NCBI RefSeq assembly: GCF_002113885.1
Contig: NW_018408532.1
Location: 606,685 to 670,684 of the forward strand
Direction of reading: 5' to 3'
Source: Mizuhopecten yessoensis
Lineage: Eukaryota
Length of the DNA: 64,000 nt
This document shows positions 13,973-29,900 of the stretch, piece after piece. The position numbers and the translations under genes are program-made. A model generated the notes under the pieces. That model was not told where the DNA came from and did no database searches. It worked only from the letters and a program-made list of their open reading frames with translations. The stretch's first letter is position 1, and each line of letters opens with the position of its first letter.

Positions 13973-16900
13973 TGGCAAATAAATCAAAGTACTCTAGCGC
14001 ACATCATGCATTTTGCCTTGCAAAACAGTGTCCTTTATATAGACTGTAAATGCCATATCTACACATGTAAAATGCTTTAGTATTGAGTCTGCTGTCGGTT
14101 ATACTGTGGTGACTTCAGGGTTCCTTTATGTCATCAATCCTACTGCGTTGACTAAATCGTACTGTTTTTCGAGATTACACTTCATGTTAAATTTCTCCAT
14201 CAACAATTATACCTATATATAGAATTTCTCATCAGTTCCGGCGGTCCGTTGAGGTGGTATCTTAATCTCCCTTTCGTCATTACGTTCTAAAAACGGTAGG
14301 CCTGTCTCTGACCATTATCTCCCATCGCGTCCCTGGAACAATCATGTCGAAGAATATCTCTTTAAATGTGTCCGTGATGGTACGCGAGCGACTATCATCC
14401 GCGGATCAAGCGCCGACAGCTTTCCCGGAATTCCCTCCGATTGTTACGTAAGTGTACATGACATTATTAAACTTCGGGACATTTGACTTACGTTTAATAG
14501 CCGTGACGTCATCATTGCCACGAAGAGCCTTCGCTTGTATGAGGATTATAGTCAGCTTTACGTACTCATTTGAAAACAAAGCAAATGCTACATGATCTTG
14601 TATCGTGTTCAGCTTTTGTGAAGGTTTCGTAAGTTTAATCATTGGAAAGTGAATAAGCGATGAAATTGTACAAACTACCAAGATAAGATAACCAATTGTT
14701 CAACAAACGTTGTATGTCAAGCTGGTCTATCTGTAAACATGGTGTTTCAAAAGACACAGACGTCTGCAATATCCTGGAATAATACGGATTACCTCTATTA
14801 AACTTTACATGATCGTCCGCGCGGCGGCTCCGCGCGCGTATACATCACACTAACAGTGCGCGGGGCCATCCATCCAACGCCACCTACCGACAGCCTCGGT
14901 CTGGTGAGATATATATGCAGCCTCAGCACCAGTTGCCGACAAAGACATCAAACAAAGCACATTGTAAAATTGACGTTTTGTTTTTCACCAATTTGTTCAA
15001 GTTGTCATGCGTAGATAGATGCAAGAAGTACTTAGACACGTGAACAGGTCGTGACTAAGCTCGCTTAATGATCCAAAGAGAACTTTCTACATCGGGTGTA
15101 ATGTATAGTAAGTATTTGGGTGTATAAGTACTTATACTAATACAATGTTTTTGACTTACGTACGTGTTCATTATACTGCTGGTAAATAATTACGTGTTGG
15201 GTACATGTACATATGTAGTTTCCCGCCAAACAGCCCACACGCGAAGAAAACATCGCTAACGCCTTTGTACCGGAGTGACGTCTGTTGAGAAATGATAACA
15301 ATTTGTCCTATTCTAAAACACACGTGTTAATAGTGATACAAACGCCGATCATTTCTAACTAATTGAGATACAAACACCGATCTCTTCCAATTAATTAGTA
15401 CTGGAGTAACGGTACTGTCACGGGTGGATATAGGAATCCATCACATTGATGACATGATAAATGTAGAGAGGTTCCGGGTCATCGATCAAGGGACTGCGGT
15501 TGTTAAACGTAGAGATAGATATATGTCGCCACCGTGTACTTAACTGCACGTATCTAAACAACATGATGAAAGGCATACCTAAAATGTATTATCTTTCGAC
15601 TTTAAAACATGAAATAAACATTTCAGAGTGCCTTTATGTACTAGCGGTAATCTATTTCAATCAATGTTAATAAACGATCTATAAATAGTTAAGCCTAAAA
15701 TAAGGTACATGCATTGCTATTAAGTTCTTTACAATTGTACAAAACGTATAAACGAGTTGATTTTATAAAAGTTAGCTTTGCAAAATTATGTCTATGACGA
15801 ACACAACCGTTTTTCCATTCAAACATTGATTTTCTACCTTTCCATTTCACGTTTGCAATGATATTGGAGACGTATTGGTGATAATTTGCTGCATGCTAAA
15901 AGCACGAGTATGCGTTTCTGTGTTAAAATTTTCAGTCATAGTATAAGAAATTGATTTCGTATCGACATCATTAAAATATGTTTCATTTCCGTTGGCCATC
16001 TTTTTTTTCTAGGTGCATTCGTTTCAGATACCGTGACAAAACTATATCAGCGGTTGGAGGGAAAACCGTGTGTGTCTACCTGCAAGCGATTTATTGAAAA
16101 TCGAAAGAAGAAAACTATCAAAATGTTTACGTTGACGGCATGCTCCAAACAATTTAACTGCCTTTAGGCCGAGAAATCGATGGAGTATTGTGTAAGACAT
16201 CGGAACGTATCGCTAAGGATTTTGTTGTAAAGTCGGTTGTCTGTGGGAGATAACGCATTTCCGGTCAGGCCTACGGGTATATCTAATATTCAAACCGGAA
16301 CGGACAATGATGCACACGATCCGTATTCCGACATGGGTAGATACAGCACAATGGTTTATGGTGTACGTGCACGTTGTCTGTGTTGTTAATTCTCTGTGAG
16401 CTGTCAATAGAAATGATCTAACAAAACAGTTGAGTAATCCCGTATCAGACACGTACAAATCAAATTTTCAAAATTGCATGTCACATTTTATGTTGGGAGA
16501 AATCTAAAAACGCCCACTATAAAGTATGGCCGTTAAACTATTTCGTTTGCCTCTATTTTTGTACAAAAATATAATCAATATATACGATGAGAATAATTTA
16601 TATGCAAACTTACTATAAATGTGAAAGAGTTCAGTAAAAGATATACTTTCTCATGTCTTCTGGGAACGGTTCTCCTAATTAGCGTGCCTTGCGAACCTCG
16701 GCGGGATCATTGTCCTTTAATGACTGTACATAACGACCGTTGTGACGCCTTTAAACCATTGTACGGGATAATTACACATACTCTCATGTACTAATGTGGT
16801 TGTTGTTAATTTCTCACAATACATATCCCAAGATTGATAACATCTTGTAACGCTTCCGGATGTGACATCACTCGTGACGTAATAGTTCATCCGTGACGCC

Positions 16901-19900
16901 TTGTTAATTTCTAAATATGAAAAATGATAATCAATAAAAATGTTGCTGGAGAGTTGTTTATAAATATCAAAAGTGTGTCTGTCATAGTTATTGGTTTAAC
17001 GAGCGATAAAGTTAAATTATTTAGTGACATTATTTAAATTCCGGATCTTTAGGACTTGCTAGAAATGCATCAACATATAGATACATGTAGCACTCTTGCT
17101 AAATAGAACAGTATCTTCGTATCCTTTGAGGAGTACGTTTTTTTTTTATTATTGTCAAATATATCACACACAATTAATTATATTGATTATTAATTTGCAT
17201 GGCGCTACATTCAATACATTCGTGCTTTTAAGAGCGGATTAGAGTTATTACCAGAATATAAACCAATACACTGTATCATACCTATATATAATTGATAAGC
17301 TTGACATCCACTGAACTGTTCAATTAACACGTGGCAGACGTAGGAAAGCGACCAAGCAAGATACGCTCTGAATCATGATTTTAAACACAGTAGATCGCAT
17401 GGGCAAAATCTATAATGAATGTAGTATGTCTTGAAAAACTATAGGAAGTGTGAATTTAAGTTTATAACAAAGTGAGTTTTATTTAGTAGTATAACTTACA
17501 ACATACAAAGGTCTGTAATGTATGTACATGAACGTATCGGAAACATACTGTTGAATTTCTGTATACATTAAATGGCTGCGAGGCCTTGTTAGTAACAGAA
17601 TTAGAAAGAAAGTTCTTCCATTATATCAGATTTAAAAAAAATCATAATTTTTATATCTCGACAAAGCCGGACTATCTTTGGCCAGTTTCTCAGTTTCCGT
17701 ACAGGTTTTTGTTTACGTTATGCATTGTGACGTCACATAATTGTAAGCAAACGACCTAACAAAGCTTCGACTGTCCAGTTTTAAGTACTGTTGACCATTA
17801 CTGACCAATGTTGTCGATTGCTGTTGCTGAGTGAGTCTAATGGGACTGATAGTGTTTGTAATGTTAATATAGTTGTGTAAATAAATACATGTACACAGCG
17901 CTATACAACAGCACAACTACAAATTGTGCCCCGTCCGTAAGTGATGAAGCGGTTGATTCGTCCCATCACTCCCTGGACCATAGATTCTGTATCGATGGTA
18001 GGAAGGATTAATGACACGTGATTTACAATTAAGTGGACTCCTCGTTACTGTTAACGATAATTAACGATAATTACTTTAGAACATTCGGGATAATATTCCG
18101 AATATAATGTTACGAACTGTTATGATCCGATGTGTACTGAAGTGCTCAGACAGTTGTAGCGGCGCTAGTAATAAGTAATAATGATATGTAAACAAGACTG
18201 TCCATCCTTTCAACGGACATACTAGCAAAGTGTTGTTACAATGCGATTAAGACATAAACGAACAGCGTTATTCTCCTAAAAACGGGAGGTAAACGATACT
18301 TGTGTAACGGACCATACGACAAACACTCTAGTGGGATCCTTTGTCAAAATCATATCTCGTTATATATCGGATCACATGAAATTAGTATGAAGTAGAAAAA
18401 TGACGCATTAGCAACATTTGTGAGTGGGCCTGATATCTGATACCAGTGATCCGAGAAGTGAGAAGGCCGAAATATGAATGACATGCACCGGAAGACAAAA
18501 AAACGCGGTAAGGAATATTCATTTTGCTTTTCGCATTTTCAGTCTAAACGTGTCGTGTTCTGAAAATATCGCGTCTTGAATTTCTTTTGAGCTATCATTA
18601 AAAGCGCAGGTGAACTGAGCGGATAGAAAACACGAAGAGGGATACTTACATTTATATGAGGGTTTTCAATCCATCCATTTAATTTGGAATGTTTGTTTTC
18701 AATAAAAACAATCATTTCAAACGCTAGTTCACCAGAGTTAGGCAAAAATACAAATGTTATACATGCGTTTATGCATGTACCTGTATTTGCTTTGCGTCAT
18801 TTAGTTAACGTTACGTCATGATAATCAGTCGACGTCACATGTGTCAATTATGACGTCACATTTAGTTGTAAGTCAAGGGTGCAATGAGTGCGTTTACAAG
18901 CAAGACCATGTGGATGAAACGGTGGTATTTCAGTAGAAAAGGTAGGCATTTCAAAGTAAGGGTTATCCAGCAATGCTGTCACTATTGGTTCGTTTACACA
19001 TAGACATTTTCAGTTGTCAGTCAGTTGAAAACCTAAGTTCCTTTATGATAATTCCTTACTATTATTTGATGTAAAGTATCTTCTGAACATAAGAGTAGCA
19101 TGATCTTAACAGAATTTGTTTTAGAAGGTGTTTTTTTTAATATCAAATAAGGAATATTCGAGAAGGTCAGCTTCGAGCACGTGCGAATATTCCATACTCA
19201 CTTCCTAGAAAATGGCGGCCTAGAAACAAATATTGTTTTATTAGTTAAACTTACTTACGATGTATGCGTGGCGAAAAGGGTTTAGTTTATTGGAGAAACT
19301 TTTATATATTTTAGCCATTTCATGTTTGTTAGAAAGAAAAAACCCGCTATCATTCAAAAGAGGAATTCTATATCTCGCGTTAACATTTTCGATTAACGTT
19401 CACAGTTTGGCAATGTTCCACTGTATGTTTTAAATAAATTACTTCGCTGCAGGAAAATGTATTCAATATTCCGTTGATTGACCACCACTTTATTAGAAAA
19501 ATACGTATCCCCCACCCCCCTTTCACAATCGCACTCACCCTCCCAAATAAAGGACAGAAGCCTAAATGTTCCTGAATTTCCACGTGTCTATTTCTGCACG
19601 TTTCGGTACCAGTTTCCTTAGTCACATCGTTGTTTAAGTAACAGTCCATGAGGTCTGCAAATGAACAAGTTCAAACACAAACTTTTGTTTTTTGTTGTTC
19701 GAAGTTTTATGCTTGGTAACGCATTGTGTACTGATTCCTAATACTACACGTACTTCGTTTAATGATGACATCATTGGCTTGACAGTTGTGAAAAAAAAGA
19801 AAACGAGGAAATTAGCGAATAGGTATGATGGACGGAATACGTAATGGCCCTAATATTTCCAGAGAAATCCTTATAATTTTGGTGCTCTCCTGTGTTCCCT

Positions 19901-20854
19901 GCGGTAGAAAGCGCAGACTAAACCCCACAATGATTTGCGATGTAGAGGGAAATGAAATTGTCCTATACTTGATGACAAGACCGATGGACGGGAGCGAAAT
20001 GTTAATAGGCAAAAAAATACTATCAATGGCATTTTTAAAATTCAGTCATATCTTACTAAAAGAAAAAGAGGGAAAACAATCCTTTAAGGTATTCTGAGCA
20101 AATACATTTACTATAAATGTACCTTAAGAGGCGAGGGGCTGCGATATTTCGTTGGCACTGGTTTATGAAACATTAGTTTGTGCGGTCAGTAAGCCGCTGT
20201 CGTAGACGGCCTAATTAGACGAAATGGAGTTATTCCTTTGCTTCGATGTTGTTAGGTATTATGTACTTCTATATTAATTGACGATCATCTCTCATTGTTA
20301 CAACTAACAAATTGATCTAAATGACTTTGGATTCTATCTGGTTTATTACCTTTTTGTAATTGTCTCTGTTGTGAAGAACATTTTTATTTCCACTTAGACG
20401 TATCGTTTATATTATTAATACCTTAATGAAGATTAATACATTCAGCTATTGTTTAGAAACTGAATGTGGGAATACGTACCATTAAAGTTCAATGCACAGC
20501 AAAATGTGCTGACAAAACATGATTGAATATGTTTAGCTAATTGGAGAGTGTTTCTATGCGTTGCGCGGTTTCTGTTAACGATAGGATATTAATTAAGAGA
20601 TCGTAAAACGGGAATGTTTAATTAACAAAAAACGCATTTTTGTTAAAGTAAGTTTTATTGCATGACGTAAACCGCATGTGTGAACAAGCTGAATATTTTA
20701 TTTATTTATAAGGTTATTCCTAGTCTTCGCAAAACATAACCACCCTGACAGATCCTAAAGCTCGTCCGCATACAATTGCTTACAATACTGAAAAATCCAA
20801 AACTTTATGTTTGTTCAACGAATGACAATACCTGGCAGGTTCTTATGTTTGGGT

Positions 20855-21870
20855 GTGTATACAATACATTACAATGCATGGCACACCAAAAGGTTCGTGT
20901 GTGTACAAAACATTACATGTTCGATATAGGGCACATCCAAAGGTCTGTGTGTATAGAATACATTACAATACATGGCACACCAAAAGGTTCGTGTGTATAC
21001 AATACATGTATTACAGTATAGAGCAGATCCAAAGTATCGTATACTAATACAATAAATTACAATATAGAGCAGATCCAAAGTTTCGTGTGTATACAATACA
21101 TTACAATATAGAGCAGATCCAAAGGTCTGTGTGTATACAATACATTACAGTATAGAACAGATCCAAAGTTTCGTTTAATCATACAATACATAACAATATA
21201 GAGCAGATCCAAAGTATCATATACTAATACAATACATTACAATATAGAGCAGATTCAAAGTTTCGTATACTCATACATTACATTACAGTATAGAGCAGAT
21301 CCAAAGTATCGTATACTAATACATTACATTACAATATAGAGCAGATCCAAAGGTCTGTGTGTATACAATACATTACAGTATAGAACAGATCGAAAGTTTC
21401 GTTTAATCATACAATACATTACAATATAGAGCAGATCCAAAGTATCGTTTAATCATACAATACATTACAATATAGAGCAGATCCAAAGTTTCGTGTGTAT
21501 ACAATACATTACAATATAGAGCAGATCCAAAGTTTTGTATGTATACAATACATTACAGTATAGAGCAGATCCAAAGTTTCGTATACTCATACAATACATG
21601 ACAATATAGAGCAGATCCAAAGTTTCGTATGCTCATACAATACATTACAGTACAGAGCAACCGATTAACAGGCGTACACAATACAATATAGGACAGGTCC
21701 AATCGGTATACAATGTATACACTGCATTAGAATAAAGGGAAGATCCCGCGGCGCGTGCGTTAACAATAACATTTCAATGTTCAATGTAGATCAGATCCAA
21801 AGGTTCATGTACATACCATACATTACAATATAGGACAAATCCCTAGGCTCGTGCGTTTACATTGTATTAC
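20855..21870. repeat. 44-bp minisatellite (ATACAATACATTACAATATAGAGCAGATCCAAAGTTTCGTGTGT), homogeneous core ~21000-21660
   Basis: Unit starts at 21091 and 21135 give period 44; the flanking copies are diverged. Confidence 0.95.
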
Positions 21871-23756
21871 AATTTTTGCGATTAATCAATTTGAAATAAA
21901 AAAATAAAATTTGTGTATCTTTTGTGAAACTGTGCCAAAAAGGAAAAGACAAAAGTTACAAGCGTTTGATCGAACGTCGGGGAGTATGACCTAAAAGCTT
22001 GGCTATCTAAACTTTAATCTGAGAAGACCATCTGAGACTCATTTAAGCAAACATTTCGTTGATTGTTATAGCTGTTTGAAAGTATTTTGAATCATTTCCG
22101 ACCTCCCTGTGAGATTAATGTTGTCTAGCTGGAAAACATACAATTTGTTTGTATTACGATAAGCTGTCTTTTTTCTTCTTTAAATGTTGTAAGTAAATAT
22201 GAATGCGGTGGGTGGTACATACAATATGATATTCCCATCAAAAGATAGATAATTTGACTAGGCAATTTCACGGCAAACAGGACCTGTATTGTTCCGCTAC
22301 TGTTATCAGATATGTAGGTAAGTTTCTTAAGTCTTGATAAAATTTGTGAAGCGAAACTTTCTGAAACAGATTGAAGGAAAGAAAATTAACCTGTTATCAG
22401 ATCTAAATGAGCGGAACAATAAATAATCGTTTTGTAAAAGGTTTGATTTTTATTGTTTAACATGTGCGTTTTGCTCAACGATGCTACACATGCGTTCTTG
22501 AAGCTTACCGTTGTATATATCTATCTGGTACTTTAGTACTAATCAATATGGCGACCGCGTCGAAAACAGAAATTAAAACAAAAATGATCTAAATGATTTC
22601 TTAGGATGTAAAGAAATTAATAATGATCGAATAGGCGCTATTGTAATCAATGGGAGTTATATTTGTGTTGATAATATTCATCATAAATGTGCAGAAATTT
22701 CTTGGATTTGATATTATACTGTATACAGATATACAGATGCTAAACCCGAATATAACCAAACGGGAAAACAAACCGGACGTTTTAGTGTTAAACACTTACC
22801 GATCTATTGTTGTCTTTTATGTTCCGGTAAAACAGCGTTTATATTCATTTTACGTTTTTCCTTGTTATTTATAAACACGACGTGTTTTGTTGTTATCTAT
22901 AAACACAAAAGCTCGTAAACACGGACATGGTACATTGTTATATCTGTAGATTTGCTGCGAACATTTTATATCTATTCTTGTAAACATTTAAAAATAGCAT
23001 GTACATGTATAACTGTTTATAGTGGCGTTTGCTAAAGAGCTCAAACAATAAAATGAAAAATAGTTTAGTATTTCATGTAAACAGTTTCACGTAGATAGAC
23101 ACGGAAAACATAGCAAACTTATTATAACAATATTCGGCTAATTTGATGCCGAGATAGACACAATCATAAACATTTCTTTGCACTTGATGTACTGGCTTAA
23201 ACCTTGCGTTGACTGACGGTAACCGCTATTCCGCTTGCAGCGTTTTAGATTTTCGGTCTGGGTTCGATTCCTGGAATTGACATTCGAATGTCTAGCAGAC
23301 TGGAGAAACAATTTGACCTCACAACATGTAAACATATTCATTCATGACAGCCAATTACTACGTATACGTCTGGCCAGCTAAATGAGCACGGTTCGGGAAG
23401 GTTACCGCCAACCGCTTCAAGTATTTTGACGTAATTCTACGTTCCGATAGTGGTGACGTCTGGCGGTGACAATGGCTGATTCAGTGTATATTTACACGCT
23501 TCTGGCGGTAAGATATAGGAATTCTTGTATAATTACTTGCTTGTTTACTGATTCTAGTTTAATACGTTTCTGTTAAATGGGATCGTGTCGAGCATTTGTG
23601 TCTGATACGTCACTTCCGGAGAATATCGAACGGGGTTAGTTACACTGTATTAAATAACGATCAGCAAATGAAGCGAATCCTCTTTTTGGGCATTGCAAAC
23701 ATAATCAGGCACTGCAAGTACTGTAGCAACGCACATGTTTAAAAAATTTAACTGTA

Positions 23757-23955
23757 TTTTTTTTTACAACAATTGCGAAACAAATTCTATCTCCGGTGGT
23801 AGCGCGCACCGGGTCTGAATGTGGGAGGAAACGGAAGTACCCGGAGAAAACCCACGTAGTCGGGTAGGTGACCTTATACCTTTGAACATCCGACCTAGGA
23901 ATCGAACCCCTGCCATTTGGTGGAAGGCAATTGCGGTATCCACTGCGCCATCAAA
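23757..23955 (-). mobile_element. tRNA-derived SINE with V-domain-like core
   Basis: Minus strand has A box TGGCGCAGTGG and B box GGTTCGATTCC, then the conserved core GTGGGTTTTCTCCGGGTACTTCCGTTTCCTCCCACA, then an A-rich tail (T-run at 23757-23765 on +). Confidence 0.85.
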
Positions 23956-24684
23956 CAACACATGTATAGTCCAAAAAACGCTTCGAGCTATTTGCAAATT
24001 ATTTTCTTTCGTTTCTTCATTGAAATGGTATTCATTGTCGAAGTAACTTCTGCAACGTATTTTTCCCGTATCTACTTATACTCTACGAGTGGTCGTAATC
24101 TTGTAAGTCAGATAAAATGCCAGTCTACATGCAATCTCTTATAGTGGTTTCTTCAGAGAGATTTTTTATTACAAACCCAACCTCAAGCAAAATATGCGGC
24201 GATCAGAGAAAAAGGAAGCCAAACATGTACTTAAGGTTGTATATTTACAAGCGCGGAAGTTAAATTATACCAATATCCATCAAGCGAACATGTAGCGACC
24301 TTGGTTTTGGCGCTAATGGCGACTGGCATGCAAAGCGAATATTTGGCAGGATGCTTGTAGGTAAAGTATACATATACTATCTAGATAGTGGTAGTGACTT
24401 TCAGGCCATGCTTGTTTTTACTTAGGTTTTTTGGATGCTTTTTCATTTTTCCATTTGTAACATATGAATGATGCTCGCATTGAAATGGAGTGTGGTACAG
24501 GCTGGTATTTGCTCAAGGTCATTAGATTAGATACTTTTTTTCAAGTTTAATGCCCTTGTGGTACCAAGATGTGCAGTGTATATTAAAGTAGCTGTTAAAA
24601 TGTATATCTTTAGCTGTATAAAACGTGTTACAGCAGCTGTTCACGTGATGTGTAAAGTCAATGTTCTTTTTCTGGTTACAATTC

Positions 24685-26980
24685 TATTACTATCGTATGT
24701 ATGTTGGAGTTCTATGACTATTGTATGTATGTTCGGGTTCTACAACCATTGCATGTATATTGGGGTTCTATAACTATCGTATGTATGTTGGGGTTCTATA
24801 ACTATTATATGTAAATTTGGGTTCTATGACTACTGTATGTATGTTGGGGTTCTATGACTATTGTATGTATGTTGGGGTTCTATAACTATTGTATGTATGT
24901 TGGGGTTCTATAACTATTGTATGTATGTTGGGGTTCTATAACTATTGTATGTATGTTGGGGTTCTATAACTATTGTATGTATGTTGGGGTTCTATAACTA
25001 TTGTATGTATGTTGGGGTTCTATAACTATTGTATGTATGTTGGGGTTCTATAACTATTGTATGTATGTTGGGGTTCTATAACTATTGTATGTATGTTGGG
25101 GTTCTATAACTATTGTATGTATGTTGGGGTTCTATAACTATTGTTTGTATGTTGGGGTTCTATAACTATTGTATGTATGTTGGGGTTTTATGACTAATTC
25201 ATGTATGTTTGGGTCCATAATATTTTATCTTTGTTGTGGTTTTATAACTATTGTATGCATGTTGGGGTTCTATAGCTATTGTTTGCATGTTGGGGTTCTA
25301 TAACTATTGTATGTATGTTGGGGTTCTATAACTATTGTATTTATGTTGGGGTTTTATGACTATTGTATGTATGTTGGGGTTCTATAACTATTCTATGTAT
25401 GTTGGGGTTCTATGACTATTGTTTGTATGTTGGGGTTCTATAACTATTGTATGTATGTTGGGGTTTTATGACTATTGTATGTATGTTGGGGTTCTATAAC
25501 TATTGTATTTATGTTGGGGTTTTATAACTATTGTTAGTATGTTGGAGTTCTATAATAATTGTATGTATGTTGGGGTTCTATGACTATTGTATGTATGTTG
25601 GGGTTCTATAACTATTGTTCGTATGTTTGGGTTCTATAACTATTGTATGTATGTTGGGGTTCTATAACTATTGTATGCATGTTGGGGTTCTATAACTATT
25701 GTATGCATGTTGGGGTTCTATAACTATTGTATGTATGTTGGGGTTCTATAACTATTGTATTTATGTTGGGGTTTTATAACTATTGTTAGTATGTTGGAGT
25801 TCTATAATAATTGTATGTATGTTGGGGTTCTTTAACTAATGTATTTATGTTGGGGTTTTATAACTATTGTTAGTATGTTGGAGTTCTATAATAATTGTAT
25901 GTATGTTGGGGTTCTTTAACTAATGTATGTATGTTGGGGTTCTATAACTAGTGTATGTATATTTAGGTTCTATCACTATTGTATGCATGTTGGGGTTTTA
26001 TAACTATTGTATGCATGTTGGGGTTCTATGACTATTGTTTGTATGTTGAAGTTCTATAACTATTGTATGTATGTTGAGGTTTTATAACTATTGTATGTAT
26101 GTTGGGGTTCTATAACTATTGTATGTATGTTGAGGGTTTATAACTATTGTATGCATTTTGGTGTTCTATAACTATTGTTTGTATGTTGAGGTTTTATACC
26201 CATTGTATGTATGTTGAGGTTTTATACCCATTGTATGTATGTTGGGGATCTATAACTATTGTTTGTATGTTGAAGTTCTATAACTATTGGATGTATATTT
26301 GGGTTCTTCAAGGATTGTATGTATGTTGTGGTTCTATAACTGTTGTATGCCTGTTGGGGTTCTATAACTATTGTATGCATTTTGGGGTTCTATAACTATT
26401 GTATGTATGTTGAGGTTTTATAACTATTGTATGTATGTTGGGGTTCTATAACTATTGTATGCATGTTGGGGTTCTATAACTATTGTATGCATTTTGGGGT
26501 TTTATAACTATTGAATGTATATTTGGGTTCTATAACTATTGTATGTATGTTGTGGTTCTATAACTATTGTATGTATGTTGGGGTTCTATAACTATTGTTT
26601 GTATGTTTGGGTTCTTCAAGTATTGTATGTATGTTGGGGTTCTATAACTATTGTATGTATGTTGTTGTTCTATAACTATTGTATGTATATTTAGGTTATA
26701 TCACTATTGTATGTATGTCGGGGTTCTATAACTATTGTATGCATTTTGGGGTTTTATATCTATTGAATGTATATTTGGGTTCTATAACTATTGTATGTAT
26801 GTTGTTGTTCTATAACTATTGTATGTATGTTGGGGTTTTATAACTATTGTATGTATGTTGGGGTTTTATAACTATTGTATGTATGTTGGGGTTCTATAAC
26901 TATCGTATGTATGTTGGGGTTTTATAACTATTGAATGACTGTGTTCAGTAACTATTTTATGTATGTTGGGGTTTTATTAC
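24685..26980. repeat. 28-bp minisatellite (TATAACTATTGTATGTATGTTGGGGTTC), ~80 copies
   Basis: Unit starts at 24881 and 24909. There is a perfect run at ~24870-25140, with more variable copies elsewhere. Confidence 0.98.
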
Positions 26981-29900
26981 GTTTGTTAGTTTGTTCCGTT
27001 TTATTTGTACAATCGTTTATTTGTGGATATGACGGTTATATTACTAAATGGTATGTGTGTCGATATAACAGTGTATCACTATGGTAGTTTATGTTTTTGT
27101 TGATGTGACGGTTCTGTTGCTATGGTAATGGTGTATCTATAATGATATCCCCTAATTGCAGTTTTATCAACACAGCTTAAACTTAAGAAGTGAAGAATTT
27201 AACCTTGACTTAAATCTGTTATTGTTTAAGTCGGCGGAATTTCTGTTACATAACAAAGGGTAATTAACTTACACAGAGCTGCTGCTGTTTTATGACAAGT
27301 TAATGCCGTGTATCATCTGAGATTATAATACATCTGATGTCTGTGAAGAAGTTAACACTAAAAAGTTGCAGGTGCGTGGAACTGTGAGGAAAACACAGGC
27401 GTGTGACTACCTGCCGATAACTCGAGTAAAATGTTCTATCCGGAACACCTCGGGCTTTTCTTCTGTTCTGAAAATCTGGATTGTGTACAGAAAGATAGCG
27501 TAAACCCGGACTTTGTAAAATAAAATTTCGTACATGTGTACCTTGTGCATACGAATCTCGCGAATCTTAGCTATGTACTATATAGTATTGCTTTTATACA
27601 GTTAAACCACGTTCATATGGACCGTGTGCTAGAAAATCGTTTTTGATACAGACTGACAACAGTAGGATATTGGTAATCAGAGAGAAATTTAGAACATTTC
27701 TTGTTTCATTTATCCGGAATTTTGTTTTATTTGTTCCAAAAACCAAGTTGTTCTGGTGTGTATAATACAATTGCATTTGCAGTCCCCTTATTTCCTGACG
27801 ACAGTTTTTGAAATTAAAAGGACCCTCGTTTGAAATCATCTGATATAGTATGGGTACATATATTCATGTACCTGGCCCCTGTGTCTAGCACATTTGGAAT
27901 TCGATGCATGCGACCGTTTATCATATTCACAAATAAACAATGCATACAACTGTATATACATAATGTATAAGACCGGCCAATAATAATAATACACGGAAAA
28001 TGTATATAAATAAATATGGATTCCGACTATTTTCGGAATTTTAAAACATGATCGACAAATGCTTTTCCATTGCATTAAACACATACATACCAACCAAAGG
28101 TTTTCGAATAAAAGATAACGAAACTACAATACAGAACACAATACAAGAAAACTATGGATATGTACTCACGGAGCACATTGACATTATGAGATTATATTTC
28201 CTATACCTTATTGTGATCGGAGGTCCAAGGTTCAAATCTTTTTTTGACATCGTTATCGTTACATTTTTTTTCTNCCCCCACCCCACCCCATTAAAATTCC
28301 GCAAGGGACGGGTTTCTTGTTAGAAATGATTTATTCAAGCCTTCATCATGATCATCATGAAGGTAGAAAGTTTCCTGTTCATAGTTACACGTTTTACAGT
28401 GGTACAGGGATCTTTAATGCAGCTATTCATCATAGATTCACTTATCTTTACAATTTTCTTTCACTGGTAAAATTTATGGATGTTTTAGAAATTCTTAGAT
28501 ACTGGAAAAATAAACGTTACACTTTATATCTTTTAGATTGTAAATTATTGCGGAAAATCAGCGGGAATGTAAGATAAGCAATACTTGCTCTTAAATACAG
28601 CTGCTGCTGTTTGAAGAGTCCAGACATCAAGCTTACTGCACGTGCATTCAATGAGCTGGGAGTGCAACTAGGCTATATTACATGATAACTGTAAAACCAA
28701 TTTTAAATATACCGTTATTTATAAAATAATGTGTTCAGTTAAATACCTTGAAAATCGTTACTTTAAACGATTTCTAATGCTGTGTGCTTGTAATTAGTTT
28801 TAATGTTATTATTTACCGATTTGAATTTGAAGCTGTCATCAGGTTTAATTATTGTATTTCATTACATTTTCGCCTAATGAAATGATTCCCTGTAGTTGTC
28901 ATACAAATGTACAAGTATAACTAAATGTTAATGCTACATGTACAATTTATTACCTCAGCTTCACTTCCGGGATTTGTCAGTGGCTACAATTTTTAAATGT
29001 GTTCGACCTGACAGGGGGTGTCGATGAGCTTTGTGTAACACGAGAGCTGTCTAACTAGACATGACGAGATCTGTTATTGTGCGTCAAAGATTATATAATA
29101 CGCCGTTATTTTGTTTCTCTCTCAATAGTTTAAGACAATAATTGATCCATTTGTTTGATAACATATATTTCCTTTTCAAGGCCAAACCCAATCACGTACA
29201 AGTTTTATTTTTTATTTTTTGCCTTGAAGGCAATTTTCATTTAGACGGGGAATCTCCTTGAGTGCTGTTTGTTGGTTATTGTCCACGCGGTGTTAAAGCG
29301 ACATTATCTTGAAAACTAGAAATGCCTTTTCTCTGAATTTTGACATGCCGATGATTGCGACATAGATAGGAAATACAAAACAAATTGAAACAAGAAATTT
29401 CTTTTAAAAAGATGGTCTGTGCTGTATCATTTTGACACACGTATCCTATCATTACACGCAGTGCCCTGTAAACTTATTGGGAATGCAAAGTAATGTTTAA
29501 ACTGTCAAAAGGTATCAAAATAATAAAGAAAAAACAGGAATGTTTTAATTGCATTTTTTTTTGTCATTGATTAAAAAAATAGCCAATGACAGACGAAAGC
29601 CGCTTTCCTGTGAAAGATGAAGTCTATATGTGACCTTAAAGATCCTAGCCCGTGCACTGTGGTTTTTCGTACTTACAGTTTTCTCCCCTTAACTTTTTTG
29701 GCTATAACTGTTTGGCCAGGACAATGTCGTTGACTACGTAGCTCAATCAGTATCCTTTTCTTTTAGGAAATGATTTATAAAAGCTGTTGTCATACCAGAA
29801 AAACCCCATATCCATTGTGCAGTTACAGTTTTTGGCAGTGGTCCTCAAATTAGAAATTATAGCACTCCATGACAATTTCCGTGATACATTGCATCTGTTA

